Source of the DNA: Pseudoduganella sp.
GTDB lineage: Bacteria > Pseudomonadota > Gammaproteobacteria > Burkholderiales > Burkholderiaceae_D
DNA: 64,000 nt
Direction of reading: 5' to 3'
Assembly (NCBI GenBank): GCA_036402315.1
Contig: DASWTB010000230.1
Span: 6,336-70,335 of the forward strand
Positions within the stretch are counted from its first letter, which is position 1, and every line of letters starts with the position of its first letter. Below, in pieces: positions 29,891 to 38,978 of this stretch. A program made the translations under genes and the position numbers. The notes beneath the pieces were generated by a model. The model ran no database searches. It was given only the letters and a program-made list of their open reading frames with translations, and was not told where the DNA came from.

Positions 29891-31376
29891 GCTCTGCTTC
29901 GTCCTTGTCACTGGATACCTTGACCGGAACCCCGGTCAGGATGCCGCGGAAGTCTTTCAACACGGGTCCCACTTCGATCCCCCTGTCGGTAATGGCGAAG
30001 GAACGCAAGGTGGTTTCGTGCTTGCTGCCGCGCTTCTTGAAAACCGACAGGGCCTTGTGCACGGCGCCGCCAGCCTCGTAATAGCGCAGCAGCAGCACAT
30101 TGTCGGCCAGGTAGCTGACGTCCACGGCGCTGCCCATCGAGCCGATCAAGCCCTGTTGCACCCCGACCAGCAGGGTCACTACCCCGCGCTGTCCCAGGTA
30201 GGTCAGCACTTCGCGCAAATGGGTGGTCAGGAAACGCACTTCCGGCATCGCATTCATGTAGCCGTTCAAGCTGTCGATCACCACTACCCTGGCGCCTTCG
30301 TTGGCAGCCGTGCACACCATGTGCGCGAACTGCCCGGGCGACAATTCGGCCGGGTCGATCTGGTTCACTTGCAGCAAGCCTGTTGCCATCGGCTTGCGCA
30401 AATCCATGCCGATACCGTCCGCGCGATTGAGCAAGGTATTGAACGACTCTTCGAACACGAACATCGCGGCCTTTTGCTGGCGGTCCGTGACGGCCTTGAC
30501 GAATTGTGCAGCAAGGCTGGACTTGCCGGTCCCGGGCGGGCCGGAAACCAGGGTGCTGGAGCCTTCCTCCAGGCCCCCGCCAAGCAAGGTATCAAGGGAC
30601 GGCAAGCCGCTTGGCACCTGCTGCCGCCGCACCAGCTCGCGCGATTCGGATGGCACGATCCGCGGATAGGCAACGACGCCGCCAGAAATGATCACGTAGT
30701 CATGCGGTCCACGCCGGTAATCGATGCCACGGTATTTCAGGACGCGCATAATGCGGCGCTCGGCGCCATAGCCCGATTCGAGCTGCTGCAGGGAGATCAC
30801 GCCGTGCGCGATGCTGCGCACCTGCTGGTCGCCGCCCACTGCCGTTTTATCGTCGAGGAACAGTGCGGTACAGGCGCGCCTGGCGAAGTACTGCTTCAGC
30901 GCCAGTACAAGGCGCCGATAGCGGAGGGGGTTGGCTGCCAGCAGCTGCAACTCCGACAAGGAATCGAGCACCACGCGGGTAGGACTGAGCCGTTCGATCT
31001 GCTGCAGGATCAGCCGGTTGGTTTCGCCCAGTTCGACCTCGGAGGGATGGAACACGGTGTACTGCTCATCCGGGTCAAGCACGCCCTCGGCCGGAATAAT
31101 CTCGTGCACCGTGATGCCTGCCATCGAGAAGCCATGCGACTCCGCAACCGCGCGCAGCTCCACCTCGTTTTCCGCCAGGGTGATGTACAGCACCGGCTCG
31201 CCACGCTGCGCTCCCTCGATCAGGAACTGCAGCGCCATGGTGGTCTTGCCCGTCCCGGGATCGCCCTCCAGCAAATACAGCCGGTCCTTGGTCAGGCCGC
31301 CGGCCAGGATCGCATCCAGGCCGGCAATGCCGGTCGAGATGAAGGCATCTGTCTGCTTGTTCTGCGGCTGGAGCAT
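29883..31376 (-). CDS. kaiC: KaiC-like double-domain RecA-superfamily ATPase
   Basis: Two Walker A motifs (GDPGTGKT, GPPGTGKS), VFEE, VSYLADNV, KKRGSKH; likely ATG 31376. Confidence 0.88.
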   Translation of the reverse strand: MLQPQNKQTDAFISTGIAGLDAILAGGLTKDRLYLLEGDPGTGKTTMALQFLIEGAQRGEPVLYITLAENEVELRAVAESHGFSMAGITVHEIIPAEGVLDPDEQYTVFHPSEVELGETNRLILQQIERLSPTRVVLDSLSELQLLAANPLRYRRLVLALKQYFARRACTALFLDDKTAVGGDQQVRSIAHGVISLQQLESGYGAERRIMRVLKYRGIDYRRGPHDYVIISGGVVAYPRIVPSESRELVRRQQVPSGLPSLDTLLGGGLEEGSSTLVSGPPGTGKSSLAAQFVKAVTDRQQKAAMFVFEESFNTLLNRADGIGMDLRKPMATGLLQVNQIDPAELSPGQFAHMVCTAANEGARVVVIDSLNGYMNAMPEVRFLTTHLREVLTYLGQRGVVTLLVGVQQGLIGSMGSAVDVSYLADNVLLLRYYEAGGAVHKALSVFKKRGSKHETTLRSFAITDRGIEVGPVLKDFRGILTGVPVKVSSDKDEAEHE

Positions 31377-31442
31377 GTCGGCCCTGCACGAGGATTGTCG
31401 ATAAGACACTATAGCATTTGTTGCCGAAGGACTTGTTTCAAT

Positions 31443-31543
31443 TGCCCTTTATTTGCGCAGAAGAAATTTTCCCAGTCGAATCAAACGCTTACTCAGCCGT
31501 GGGATGCCTTGTTAACAGGGTTTTCCACAGAAACCGTTAACAA
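31443..31543. repeat. Dispersed ~101-bp repeat, copy 2, overlapping the doxX 3' end
   Basis: Core CTTGTTAACAGGGTTTTCCACAGAAACCGTTAACAA; direct repeat of 25764-25864. Confidence 0.85.
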
Positions 31544-31891
31544 CTTCCCGTCGCCCAGCAGCCATAGCACGATCGATGCGATGCACAGGAAGGCCGGATA
31601 TTCCCAGCCGCCGCCCTGGTTGGTGAATACCCAGCCATTCGGCACGTGGACCAGGGTTGCCACCACCAGGATCGGCAACAGCCCCAGCGCCACGTGGCGC
31701 GCATAAAAGCCAAGCAGCATCGCCAGGCCGCCAAGCAGTTCGGCCGCGAATACCGGATAAGCCATCCAGCCCGGCAGGCCGACGCTCTCGAAAAAGTGCG
31801 CCGTTCCCGGCAGGGTAAACACCAGCAGCTTGAGCAGCGCATGCGAAATCCACATGCTGCCAAGCGCCAAACGCAAGATAGTCGGGCCCAT
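31493..31891 (-). CDS. DoxX family membrane protein
   Basis: ATG 31891 after AAGGAGG; LRLALG...HALLK...FFESVGLP...GGGWEYP. Confidence 0.9.
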   Translation of the reverse strand: MGPTILRLALGSMWISHALLKLLVFTLPGTAHFFESVGLPGWMAYPVFAAELLGGLAMLLGFYARHVALGLLPILVVATLVHVPNGWVFTNQGGGWEYPAFLCIASIVLWLLGDGKLLTVSVENPVNKASHG

Positions 31892-31969
31892 GATTGCCTC
31901 CTTCGGTGATTGGACAGGGCTTAATGTACTATTGCGAAAACGCATAACAAATAGGCGTTATTGAAATCC

Positions 31970-32854
31970 ATGAATGCAAAATCGCAATATCGTCTGAGCG
32001 CGGGCGACCTGCACCTCATCCTGGCCCTGGCGCGTGGCGGCAAGCTGGCCGATGCCGGCGAACGCCTGGGCCAGGATGCGTCCACCGTGTTTCGCGCCTT
32101 GCAGAAAATCGAGCGCGGCCTGGGCGCGCCGCTGTTTGAACGCTCACGCACCGGCTACCGGCCGAACGAATTGGCACAGGCGCTGGCCGAACATGGGGAA
32201 AAGATGGAATCGGTGCTGGAGTCGGCGCGCTCTTTCGTGCAGGCCGAGCCGGGACAGGTGGCAGGCAGCGTGCGCATCACCACCACCGACACCGTGCTGC
32301 ATGCACTGGTGGCGCCCGCGCTGCAAGGGCTGCGCAAGAAGCATCCCCTGCTCGGGTTTGAGCTATACACCGGCAACGAACTGGCGAACCTGAGCCGGCG
32401 CGATGCCGATATCGCGGTGCGTGCGACCAGAAAGCCGCCGCCCCACCTGATCGGCAAATGCCTGGGGCGCATCCGGGTCGCCCTGTTCGGCTCGGCGCGC
32501 CGCGGCGCACCAGGCTGGGAGGACGTCACCGCCGGCGCCTGCGCCTGGATCGCACCGGACGAAGCGCTGCCCGAGCATCCTTCGGTGCTGTGGCGGCGCA
32601 AGCACTTCCCTTCGGTCATCCCGGCATTCAAGGTAAGCAGCATCCTGACGGTGGCCGAACTGGTCGAGCAGAACCTGGGCGTTGGCATCCTCCCGCTGTT
32701 CCTGGCCGGGCAGCGGCCCGACCTGCGCCAACTGAGCGAAGAAATTGACGATGGCTCCACCGACCTGTGGCTGCTGACGCATACCGAATCGCGCCACCTG
32801 CAGCGTATCTCGGCCGTCTATAGCCACCTTGCGGAGACGATCAGGCTAGGCTGA
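31970..32854 (+). CDS. LysR family transcriptional regulator, divergent from doxX
   Basis: HTH (STVFRALQKIERGLGAPLFER), ANLSRRDADIAVR. Confidence 0.93.
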   Translation: MNAKSQYRLSAGDLHLILALARGGKLADAGERLGQDASTVFRALQKIERGLGAPLFERSRTGYRPNELAQALAEHGEKMESVLESARSFVQAEPGQVAGSVRITTTDTVLHALVAPALQGLRKKHPLLGFELYTGNELANLSRRDADIAVRATRKPPPHLIGKCLGRIRVALFGSARRGAPGWEDVTAGACAWIAPDEALPEHPSVLWRRKHFPSVIPAFKVSSILTVAELVEQNLGVGILPLFLAGQRPDLRQLSEEIDDGSTDLWLLTHTESRHLQRISAVYSHLAETIRLG

Positions 32855-32950
32855 ACGCGCTTGACGGCAGCAACCTTCGGACTTTGCCGGAGCGCCCGCG
32901 CTCAGGCAGGCAGACCGCACCTGCCACGCGCCTGCCTGTCGCCCGAAATC

Positions 32951-32964
32951 ATGATCCAGATCAT
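32951..32964 (+). promoter_or_regulatory. FNR/Crp-family box upstream of USP 2
   Basis: ATGAT-CCAG-ATCAT palindrome. Confidence 0.65.
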
Positions 32965-33038
32965 AGATGGCGGGGCCGCCGGGCCCTAGCATCGATTCCA
33001 TACCCTTGACAGAAGGCCACCCGATTTTGGAGCAAATC

Positions 33039-33878
33039 ATGTACAAGACAATCGTTGTCCACGTCAGCCCGGTCTCCGGCATGCCGGCCACATTCGCCCT
33101 TGCGGCAAGCCTGGCCCGGCAACATGGCGCCCACCTGGTCGGCACCGCCGTCAGCGGCTGGCTCGAACTGAACACGCTGATGGCTGCCGGCGCGCCGATG
33201 GCGGTCATGCCCACGCCCGATCCCGAGACACTGCGCCAGGAAGCCCGCCAGCGCCTGGAAGCCTTCGAGCGCCAGTGCTTCGAAGCCGAGGTCGATTCCT
33301 TCGAATCGCGCCTGCTCGACACTTCGGCCGTCGAGGCACTGGTGCTGGCATCGCGCTACTGCGACCTGCTGGTCGCCGGCACCCAGGACGTGGCCGACTA
33401 TGGCGTGCTGGCCCCATCGCGCCTGCCGGGGCGCCTGGTCACCCAATGCGTGCGCCCGGTGCTGCTGGTGCCGCCCGGCCTGCGCCAGCCGGAGGCGAAA
33501 CTGTACAAGATCATGATCGCCTGGAATGGCAGCGCCGGCGCCAGCCGCGCCCTGGCCTTCGCCCTGCCCCTGGTGCAGCGCGCCTCGCAGGTGTTCATCG
33601 CCGTGGTCAACCCAGGAACGGAACGCATCGACATGGGCGCCGAACCTGGCGCCGACCTGGCCACCTACCTGGCCCGCCATCACCGCAACGTGCGCGTGCT
33701 GGGCCTGGACACTGTGACGGAAACCGGCAGCGCGCTGTGCGAACTGGCGCACCAGCACCATGTCGGCCTGCTGGTGGCCGGGGCTTATGGCCACAGCCGC
33801 ATGCACGACTGGGTTCTTGGCAGCACCACCGCCAGCCTGGTCGAGCAGAGCCCGGTGCCCCTGCTGATGACGCAATGA
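33039..33878 (+). CDS. Universal stress protein (tandem USP domains)
   Basis: ATG 33039 after GGAG; YKTIVVH, IAWNGS, LVAGAYGHSRMHDWVLGSTT. Confidence 0.92.
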   Translation: MYKTIVVHVSPVSGMPATFALAASLARQHGAHLVGTAVSGWLELNTLMAAGAPMAVMPTPDPETLRQEARQRLEAFERQCFEAEVDSFESRLLDTSAVEALVLASRYCDLLVAGTQDVADYGVLAPSRLPGRLVTQCVRPVLLVPPGLRQPEAKLYKIMIAWNGSAGASRALAFALPLVQRASQVFIAVVNPGTERIDMGAEPGADLATYLARHHRNVRVLGLDTVTETGSALCELAHQHHVGLLVAGAYGHSRMHDWVLGSTTASLVEQSPVPLLMTQ

Positions 33879-34228
33879 AGGACGCCAGCCAAGGCAGCCT
33901 GTTGCTGCTCTCGAACGAAATCCAGCTGCTGCTGTCGGAGGAACGCACTGCGCTGTCCCTGCTGCGCACCGGAATTGCCGTATTTGCCCTGCCCTTGTCG
34001 GTACTGGGCCTATTGATTGCCACCTCCGGCAGCTACCGCTTCCACGAAGTGGTGCTGCTGCTGTGGCCCTTGCTGGTGCTGAGCGCAGTGCTGGTCGTGC
34101 TGGGCGGCTACCTGTCGATCAAAGGCTTGCTCGAGGTACAGCGCTGCGATCGCCGCGTGCGCGAGCTGAAGGCGCGCAACCAGCAGGCAGCGCGGCTGCT
34201 GGATGGCGACGCTGCCCTGCCGCGCTAA
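33875..34228 (+). CDS. Small two-TM membrane protein (DUF202/YidH-like)
   Basis: ATGA overlap with USP 2; LLLSEERTALSLLRTGIA then two hydrophobic helices. Confidence 0.7.
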   Translation: MKDASQGSLLLLSNEIQLLLSEERTALSLLRTGIAVFALPLSVLGLLIATSGSYRFHEVVLLLWPLLVLSAVLVVLGGYLSIKGLLEVQRCDRRVRELKARNQQAARLLDGDAALPR

Positions 34229-35025
34229 TCGAGCTTGCCGTGGTAGATCAGGTGGTAGACCAGGCCCACCAGCAGGCTGCCGCCCACCAGGTTCCCCGCC
34301 AGCACCGGCAGCAGGCTGCGCACCACCACGTCCCACGCCAGTCCGCCAGCGGCGCCCTGCACCAGCATGGCCATCGGCAGCAGGTACAGGTTGGCGATAC
34401 TGTGCTCGAAACCGGCGGCCACAAAGGCCGATACGGGGAACACCACGGCCACCGCCTTGTCGGTCACGCTGCGCCCGGCCATTGCCATCCACACGGCCAG
34501 GCAGACCAGGGCGTTGCAAAGCACGCCGAGCAGGAAGGCCTGCAGCGGGGCCTGCGCGGTCTTGGCCTGGGCGATGCGCAAGTATTCCGCGCCGATGGCG
34601 CCGCCATGCATGGCCGGGTGGCCGGACCAGTACACCAGCAATGCCAGCCCGCAGGCGCCAACGGCATTGCCGGCCAGGACTACCAGCCAGTTGCGCAATA
34701 GCTGGCGCCCGCTGATGCGGCGGTCCGCCCAGGCCATCACCAGCAGGTTGTTACCGGTGAACAGCTCGGCGCCGGCCACGATCACCAGCAGCAGGCCCAG
34801 CGCGAACGAAAGCCCGGCCAGCAGCTGGCGTGCTGCCAGGCCGAGGCTGGCGTCGGCGCGCACCACCACGCAATACATCGCGCCCAGGCCGATGAAGGCC
34901 CCGGCCAGCACCGCCAGCATGAACATGGCCTGCAGCGGCAATTGCGCCTTGGCCACGCCGGCCCGTTCGATGCGGGCCGCGATCTCGCGGGGCGCATAGG
35001 CATCCATTCCAAACTGCTCGGGCAT
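34225..35025 (-). CDS. Formate/nitrite transporter (FNT family)
   Basis: LAGAFIGLG, GAELFTGN, GVLCNALVCLAVW, FVAAGFEHSIAN, GNLVGG. Confidence 0.94.
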   Translation of the reverse strand: MPEQFGMDAYAPREIAARIERAGVAKAQLPLQAMFMLAVLAGAFIGLGAMYCVVVRADASLGLAARQLLAGLSFALGLLLVIVAGAELFTGNNLLVMAWADRRISGRQLLRNWLVVLAGNAVGACGLALLVYWSGHPAMHGGAIGAEYLRIAQAKTAQAPLQAFLLGVLCNALVCLAVWMAMAGRSVTDKAVAVVFPVSAFVAAGFEHSIANLYLLPMAMLVQGAAGGLAWDVVVRSLLPVLAGNLVGGSLLVGLVYHLIYHGKLD

Positions 35026-35051
35026 CGTTCCCTCCCCGAGGCGCAGGCGCC

Positions 35052-37721
35052 TCAATCAGCGCCGATCGGGCCGCTGAGTACCAGGCGCATGCCGACGGCT
35101 CCCTGTGCAACAGCCGGCGTCACCGCGAAGCCCAGGTGTCGCGCCAGCTGCAGCATGCGCTGGTTCTCCGGCAAGGCTTCGCCCACCAGCTCCTGCGTGC
35201 CGCGCGCACGGCAATAGCGCAGCATTTTTTCCATCAGCAGCGCGCCCAGTCCACGGCCTTTCAGGTCCGAGCGCACCACCACCGCGAATTCCGCCCGGAT
35301 GTTGTCGGGATCGGACACGGTGCGCGCCACGCCCAGCGTTTCCGGCCCGCTGGCGCCCATGCGCGTGGCGATGATGGCCATTTCACGGTCGTAATCGATC
35401 TGGGTCCAGCGCGCCAGCTGCGCCGGCGGCAGCGACTGCATCTGGGCGAACATGCGGAAGCGCACGTCTTCCGGCGTCAGCGCGGCAAAGAAAGCGCTGT
35501 GCTGCGGCGCATCTTCCGGGCGGATCGGGCGCAGCTGCAGCGCGCTGCCTTCCCAGGTCACGCTTTCTTCCAGTTCGGCCGGATACGGCCGGATCGCGAA
35601 GCGCGCCGGCCCGATTTGCGCGGCCGGGGCCACCCGCATGCGCGCGTCGAGGGCCAGCACGCCGTGTTCGTCGGCCAGCAAGGGGTTGATGTCCAGTTCC
35701 TGCACCTCGGGCAAGTCGGCCAGCAGTGTGGCGATGCGCACCAGCACCGTGCACAGCGCCTCCATGTCGGCCGGCGGCCGGCCACGGTAGCCGGCCAGCA
35801 GGCGCGCCACCCGCGTGCGGCCCACCAGGTCGCGCGCCAGCACCTGGTTCAGCGGCGGCAGCGCCAGTGCACGGTCGCCGATGGTTTCCACCGCGATGCC
35901 GCCCTGTCCGAACAGGATCACCGGGCCGAACACCGGATCGCAGCTCGCGCCTACGATCAGTTCATGCGCGCCCGGCCGGCGCGCCATGGCCTGCACCGTG
36001 AAGCCGCGCAAATGCGCTTTCGGATACATGGCGTGCAGGCGATCGCGCATCGCCAGCGCGGCGGCGCGCACCGCTTCCGGGGTTTCGAGATCGAGTTCAA
36101 CCCCGCCCACCTCGGTCTTGTGCGTGACGTCGGGCGACAGGATCTTCAGCGCGACCGGATAGCCGATGCGCCCTGCCAGCAGCACGGCCGCTTCCACCCG
36201 GTCGGCGATCGCCGTTTCCACCACCGGGATGCCGTAGCAGGCCAGCACCTCCTTGGCCTCGGGCTCGCTCAGCATGGGGCGGCTGGCCTGCAGCGCGTTG
36301 GAGATGACCTGGCGTGCGCGGGCCTGGTCCGGGCAAAAATCGCCGGCAGCGGCGGCCGGCACTTCCATCAGCAATTGCTGCGCGCGGCGGTAATTCACCA
36401 TCTGCATGAAGCCGCCCACCGCATCTTCCGGCGTGTCGTAGCTGGCCACCCCGGCCTCGCCCAGCACGCGGCGCGCCGGCGCCATGCCCTCACCGCCCAG
36501 CCAGCACGACAGTACATTGCGGCTGGCGCCGCGCGCCGTGGCCGCCACTGCCTGCGCCGCTTCCATCGACGGCACGATGGCGGTCGGCGCGTGCATCACC
36601 AGCACCGCATCGACGCCCTCGTCCTGCAGCAGCGCCTTCATCGCCTCGCTGTAGCGCTGGCCGGGCGCATCGCCGATGATGTCGACCGGGTTGGCGTGCG
36701 ACCAGGTGGCAGGCAGCACTTCGTCCAGCCGGCGCACGGTGGCCGGCGCCAGTTCCGCCAGTTTTCCGCCCGCGCCCACCAGCGCATCGGTGGCCAGCAC
36801 GCCCGGTCCGCCGCCATTGGTCAGGATCGCCAGCCGTTCGCCCGCGAGCGGGCGGCCGGCTGCCAGGGTTGCCACCGCATCGAACAGCTCTTCCGTGCTC
36901 AGTACGCGCAGCATGCCGGCCCGCCGGATGGCGGCGTCATATACCGCGTCGGAACCTGCCAGCGCCCCGGTATGCGAGTTGGCGGCCCGCGCGCCCTCGG
37001 CAAAGCGGCCCGCCTTCACCACGAGCACCGGCTTGCTGCGCGCCGCCGCGCGCGCCGCCGACATGAACTTGCGCGCCGCCCGCACGTCCTCCATGTACAG
37101 CAGGATGGCCTGGGTTTCGCGGTCGGTCGCCAGGTAATCGAGCACGTCGCCAAAATCGACGTCGCTGCTGTCGCCCAGCGAAACGAAGCGCGAGAAGCCG
37201 ATATTGCGGCTGCGCGCCCAATCCAGGATGCCCGTTACCATGGCGCCCGATTGCGACACGAAGGCCAGCTTGCCGGGCAGCGCCGGCAAATGGGCGAAGC
37301 TGCCATTCAGCCCGATACCCGGCACCAGCAGGCCGACGCAATTGGGGCCCAGGATGCGCAGCAGGTGCGGCCGCGCCGCCGCCAGCATGGCAGCCTTCTG
37401 CGCCGCGTCCAGTCCGGCCGTGATCACGACGGCAGCCTTGCAGCCCATCTGCCCCAGTTCTTCGACCAGTCCGGCTACCGTGGCCGGCGGCGTGCAGATC
37501 AGCGCCAGGTCCGGCGCCTGCGGCAGGTCGCGCACGCGGTGCCAGGCGGTACGCCCGCCCAGCACCGAGTACTTGGGATTGACCGGCCACACCGGGCCTT
37601 GGACGCCGCCCTGCAGTACATTGGCCAGCACCGTGGCGCCCACGCTGTGCGGCCGCTCGGAGGCGCCGATCACCGCCACCGAAGCAGGTTGGAACAGGAA
37701 TTCCAGGTTGCGAATGCTCAT
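35052..37721 (-). CDS. Acyl-CoA-synthetase-like/GNAT fusion (Pat/YfiQ-type lysine acetyltransferase)
   Basis: SVAVIGAS, RILGPNCVG, SQSGA, SHTGALAGSD, HKTEVGGV, ELDINPL; C-terminal GNAT with IDYDRE, AEFAVVV, KGRGLG. Confidence 0.92.
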   Translation of the reverse strand: MSIRNLEFLFQPASVAVIGASERPHSVGATVLANVLQGGVQGPVWPVNPKYSVLGGRTAWHRVRDLPQAPDLALICTPPATVAGLVEELGQMGCKAAVVITAGLDAAQKAAMLAAARPHLLRILGPNCVGLLVPGIGLNGSFAHLPALPGKLAFVSQSGAMVTGILDWARSRNIGFSRFVSLGDSSDVDFGDVLDYLATDRETQAILLYMEDVRAARKFMSAARAAARSKPVLVVKAGRFAEGARAANSHTGALAGSDAVYDAAIRRAGMLRVLSTEELFDAVATLAAGRPLAGERLAILTNGGGPGVLATDALVGAGGKLAELAPATVRRLDEVLPATWSHANPVDIIGDAPGQRYSEAMKALLQDEGVDAVLVMHAPTAIVPSMEAAQAVAATARGASRNVLSCWLGGEGMAPARRVLGEAGVASYDTPEDAVGGFMQMVNYRRAQQLLMEVPAAAAGDFCPDQARARQVISNALQASRPMLSEPEAKEVLACYGIPVVETAIADRVEAAVLLAGRIGYPVALKILSPDVTHKTEVGGVELDLETPEAVRAAALAMRDRLHAMYPKAHLRGFTVQAMARRPGAHELIVGASCDPVFGPVILFGQGGIAVETIGDRALALPPLNQVLARDLVGRTRVARLLAGYRGRPPADMEALCTVLVRIATLLADLPEVQELDINPLLADEHGVLALDARMRVAPAAQIGPARFAIRPYPAELEESVTWEGSALQLRPIRPEDAPQHSAFFAALTPEDVRFRMFAQMQSLPPAQLARWTQIDYDREMAIIATRMGASGPETLGVARTVSDPDNIRAEFAVVVRSDLKGRGLGALLMEKMLRYCRARGTQELVGEALPENQRMLQLARHLGFAVTPAVAQGAVGMRLVLSGPIGAD

Positions 37722-37798
37722 CTTGTCCTCTCAATTGGGCGCTGCCGGGGGGGAGCCCGCACTCCGGCCCACCTTAGCGGGCGGAACGCCGCCTGCAC

Positions 37799-37812
37799 AT
37801 GATCGAAGTCAA
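37799..37812 (-). promoter_or_regulatory. FNR/Crp-family box upstream of the pat-FNT operon
   Basis: Minus strand TTGAC-TTCG-ATCAT. Confidence 0.6.
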
Positions 37813-37844
37813 GTCCGGCCGGATTTGTTCTGCCGACCATAAAC

Positions 37845-37858
37845 CTGATCCAGGTCAT
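37845..37858 (+). promoter_or_regulatory. FNR/Crp-family box upstream of the ABC exporter operon
   Basis: CTGAT-CCAG-GTCAT, centre about 63 bp before ATG 37915. Confidence 0.65.
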
Positions 37859-37914
37859 ATACTGAGTGGCGGACCTCAGCCAGACTTGGCCGTCCCGAAT
37901 TGCGGAGCTTGCCT

Positions 37915-38970
37915 ATGGCCAATTCCTCTCATGCTGCAAGGCGCTGGCGCTATGGTGCCGGGGCGCTGTTGCTGCTGGCAGCGCTGGCCGCTTTCGCTTG
38001 GCGCCAGGCCGGACCGCTGGCGGTGCGCGTTGTCGCTCCGCAGCGCGGCCAGGCGGTCGACGCCATCTATGCCACCGGCACCGTGGAGCCCACCGTGATG
38101 CTGCCGCTCGCGCCGCGCGTCGGCGGCCGCTTGGCCACGCGCGCCGTGGATGAAGGCGACCAGGTGCGCAAGGGCCAGTTGCTGGCCCGGCTGGACGACG
38201 CCGACCTGTCCGGCACCGTCGATGAACAGCAGGCCCGCCTCGCCTACGCCCGCAGCCAGCATGAGCGTGCCGCCACCCTGGCCGCGCGCGGCTTTGTCAC
38301 GGCCGGCGAAGCCGATCGCACACGGGCAGAGCTGATGGCAGCGGAGGCCGCGTTGCGCCGGGTGCGCGCCCAGCGCGATTACATGGCCCTGGTGGCGCCC
38401 GCCGACGGCACCATCATCCGCCGCGATGGCGAAGTGGGCCAGTACATCAGCCCCGGCCAGGCCGTATTCGTGCTGGCCTGCTGCGCACCGCTGCGGGTGA
38501 CTGCCGAAATCGATGAAGAAGACATCAACCGCGTGCACCGCGGCCAGGCCGTTCTGCTCAAGGCGGACGCCCTGCCCGGCAAGGTATTCGAGGGCACGGT
38601 GAGCGAAGTCACGCCCAAGGGCGACCCGGTGGCGCGCAGCTACCGCGTGCGCATTGCGCTGGCGGCGCCGGGCGCGCTGCAGACCGGCATGACGGTCGAT
38701 GCCAACCTGGTGGTGGAACGGCACGACAACGCCTTGCTGCTGCCGGCCAGCGCGGTACGCGGCGACACCGTATGGCTGGTGGAAGGCGGGCGCCTGCGCC
38801 AGCGCCGCATCGTGGCCGGTATCCGGGGCCCGCAGCGCGTCGAAGTGCGGCAAGGGCTGCAAGGCGGCGAACAGGTGGTGGCCCAGCCCGATGGTGCGCT
38901 GTCCGAAGGGCGCTGGGCCCGGCCGCAGCCGGAGCCGCCGGCCGGGCACAAGTCGCAACCGCCGCGCTAG
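37915..38970 (+). CDS. Periplasmic adaptor (MacA/HlyD-like)
   Basis: TM anchor, VDEGDQVRKGQLLARLD, LVAPADG, GMTVDANL. Confidence 0.9.
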   Translation: MANSSHAARRWRYGAGALLLLAALAAFAWRQAGPLAVRVVAPQRGQAVDAIYATGTVEPTVMLPLAPRVGGRLATRAVDEGDQVRKGQLLARLDDADLSGTVDEQQARLAYARSQHERAATLAARGFVTAGEADRTRAELMAAEAALRRVRAQRDYMALVAPADGTIIRRDGEVGQYISPGQAVFVLACCAPLRVTAEIDEEDINRVHRGQAVLLKADALPGKVFEGTVSEVTPKGDPVARSYRVRIALAAPGALQTGMTVDANLVVERHDNALLLPASAVRGDTVWLVEGGRLRQRRIVAGIRGPQRVEVRQGLQGGEQVVAQPDGALSEGRWARPQPEPPAGHKSQPPR

Positions 38971-38978
38971 CAGCCGCC

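Noticed and set aside
29883-31376. Circadian clock locus
   Set aside because: No kaiA or kaiB in the window; second phosphosite is Tyr rather than Thr
32903-32938. Inverted repeat CAGGCAGGC...GCCTGCCTG after lysR as terminator or REP
   Set aside because: Long loop, no U-tract and no second copy noticed
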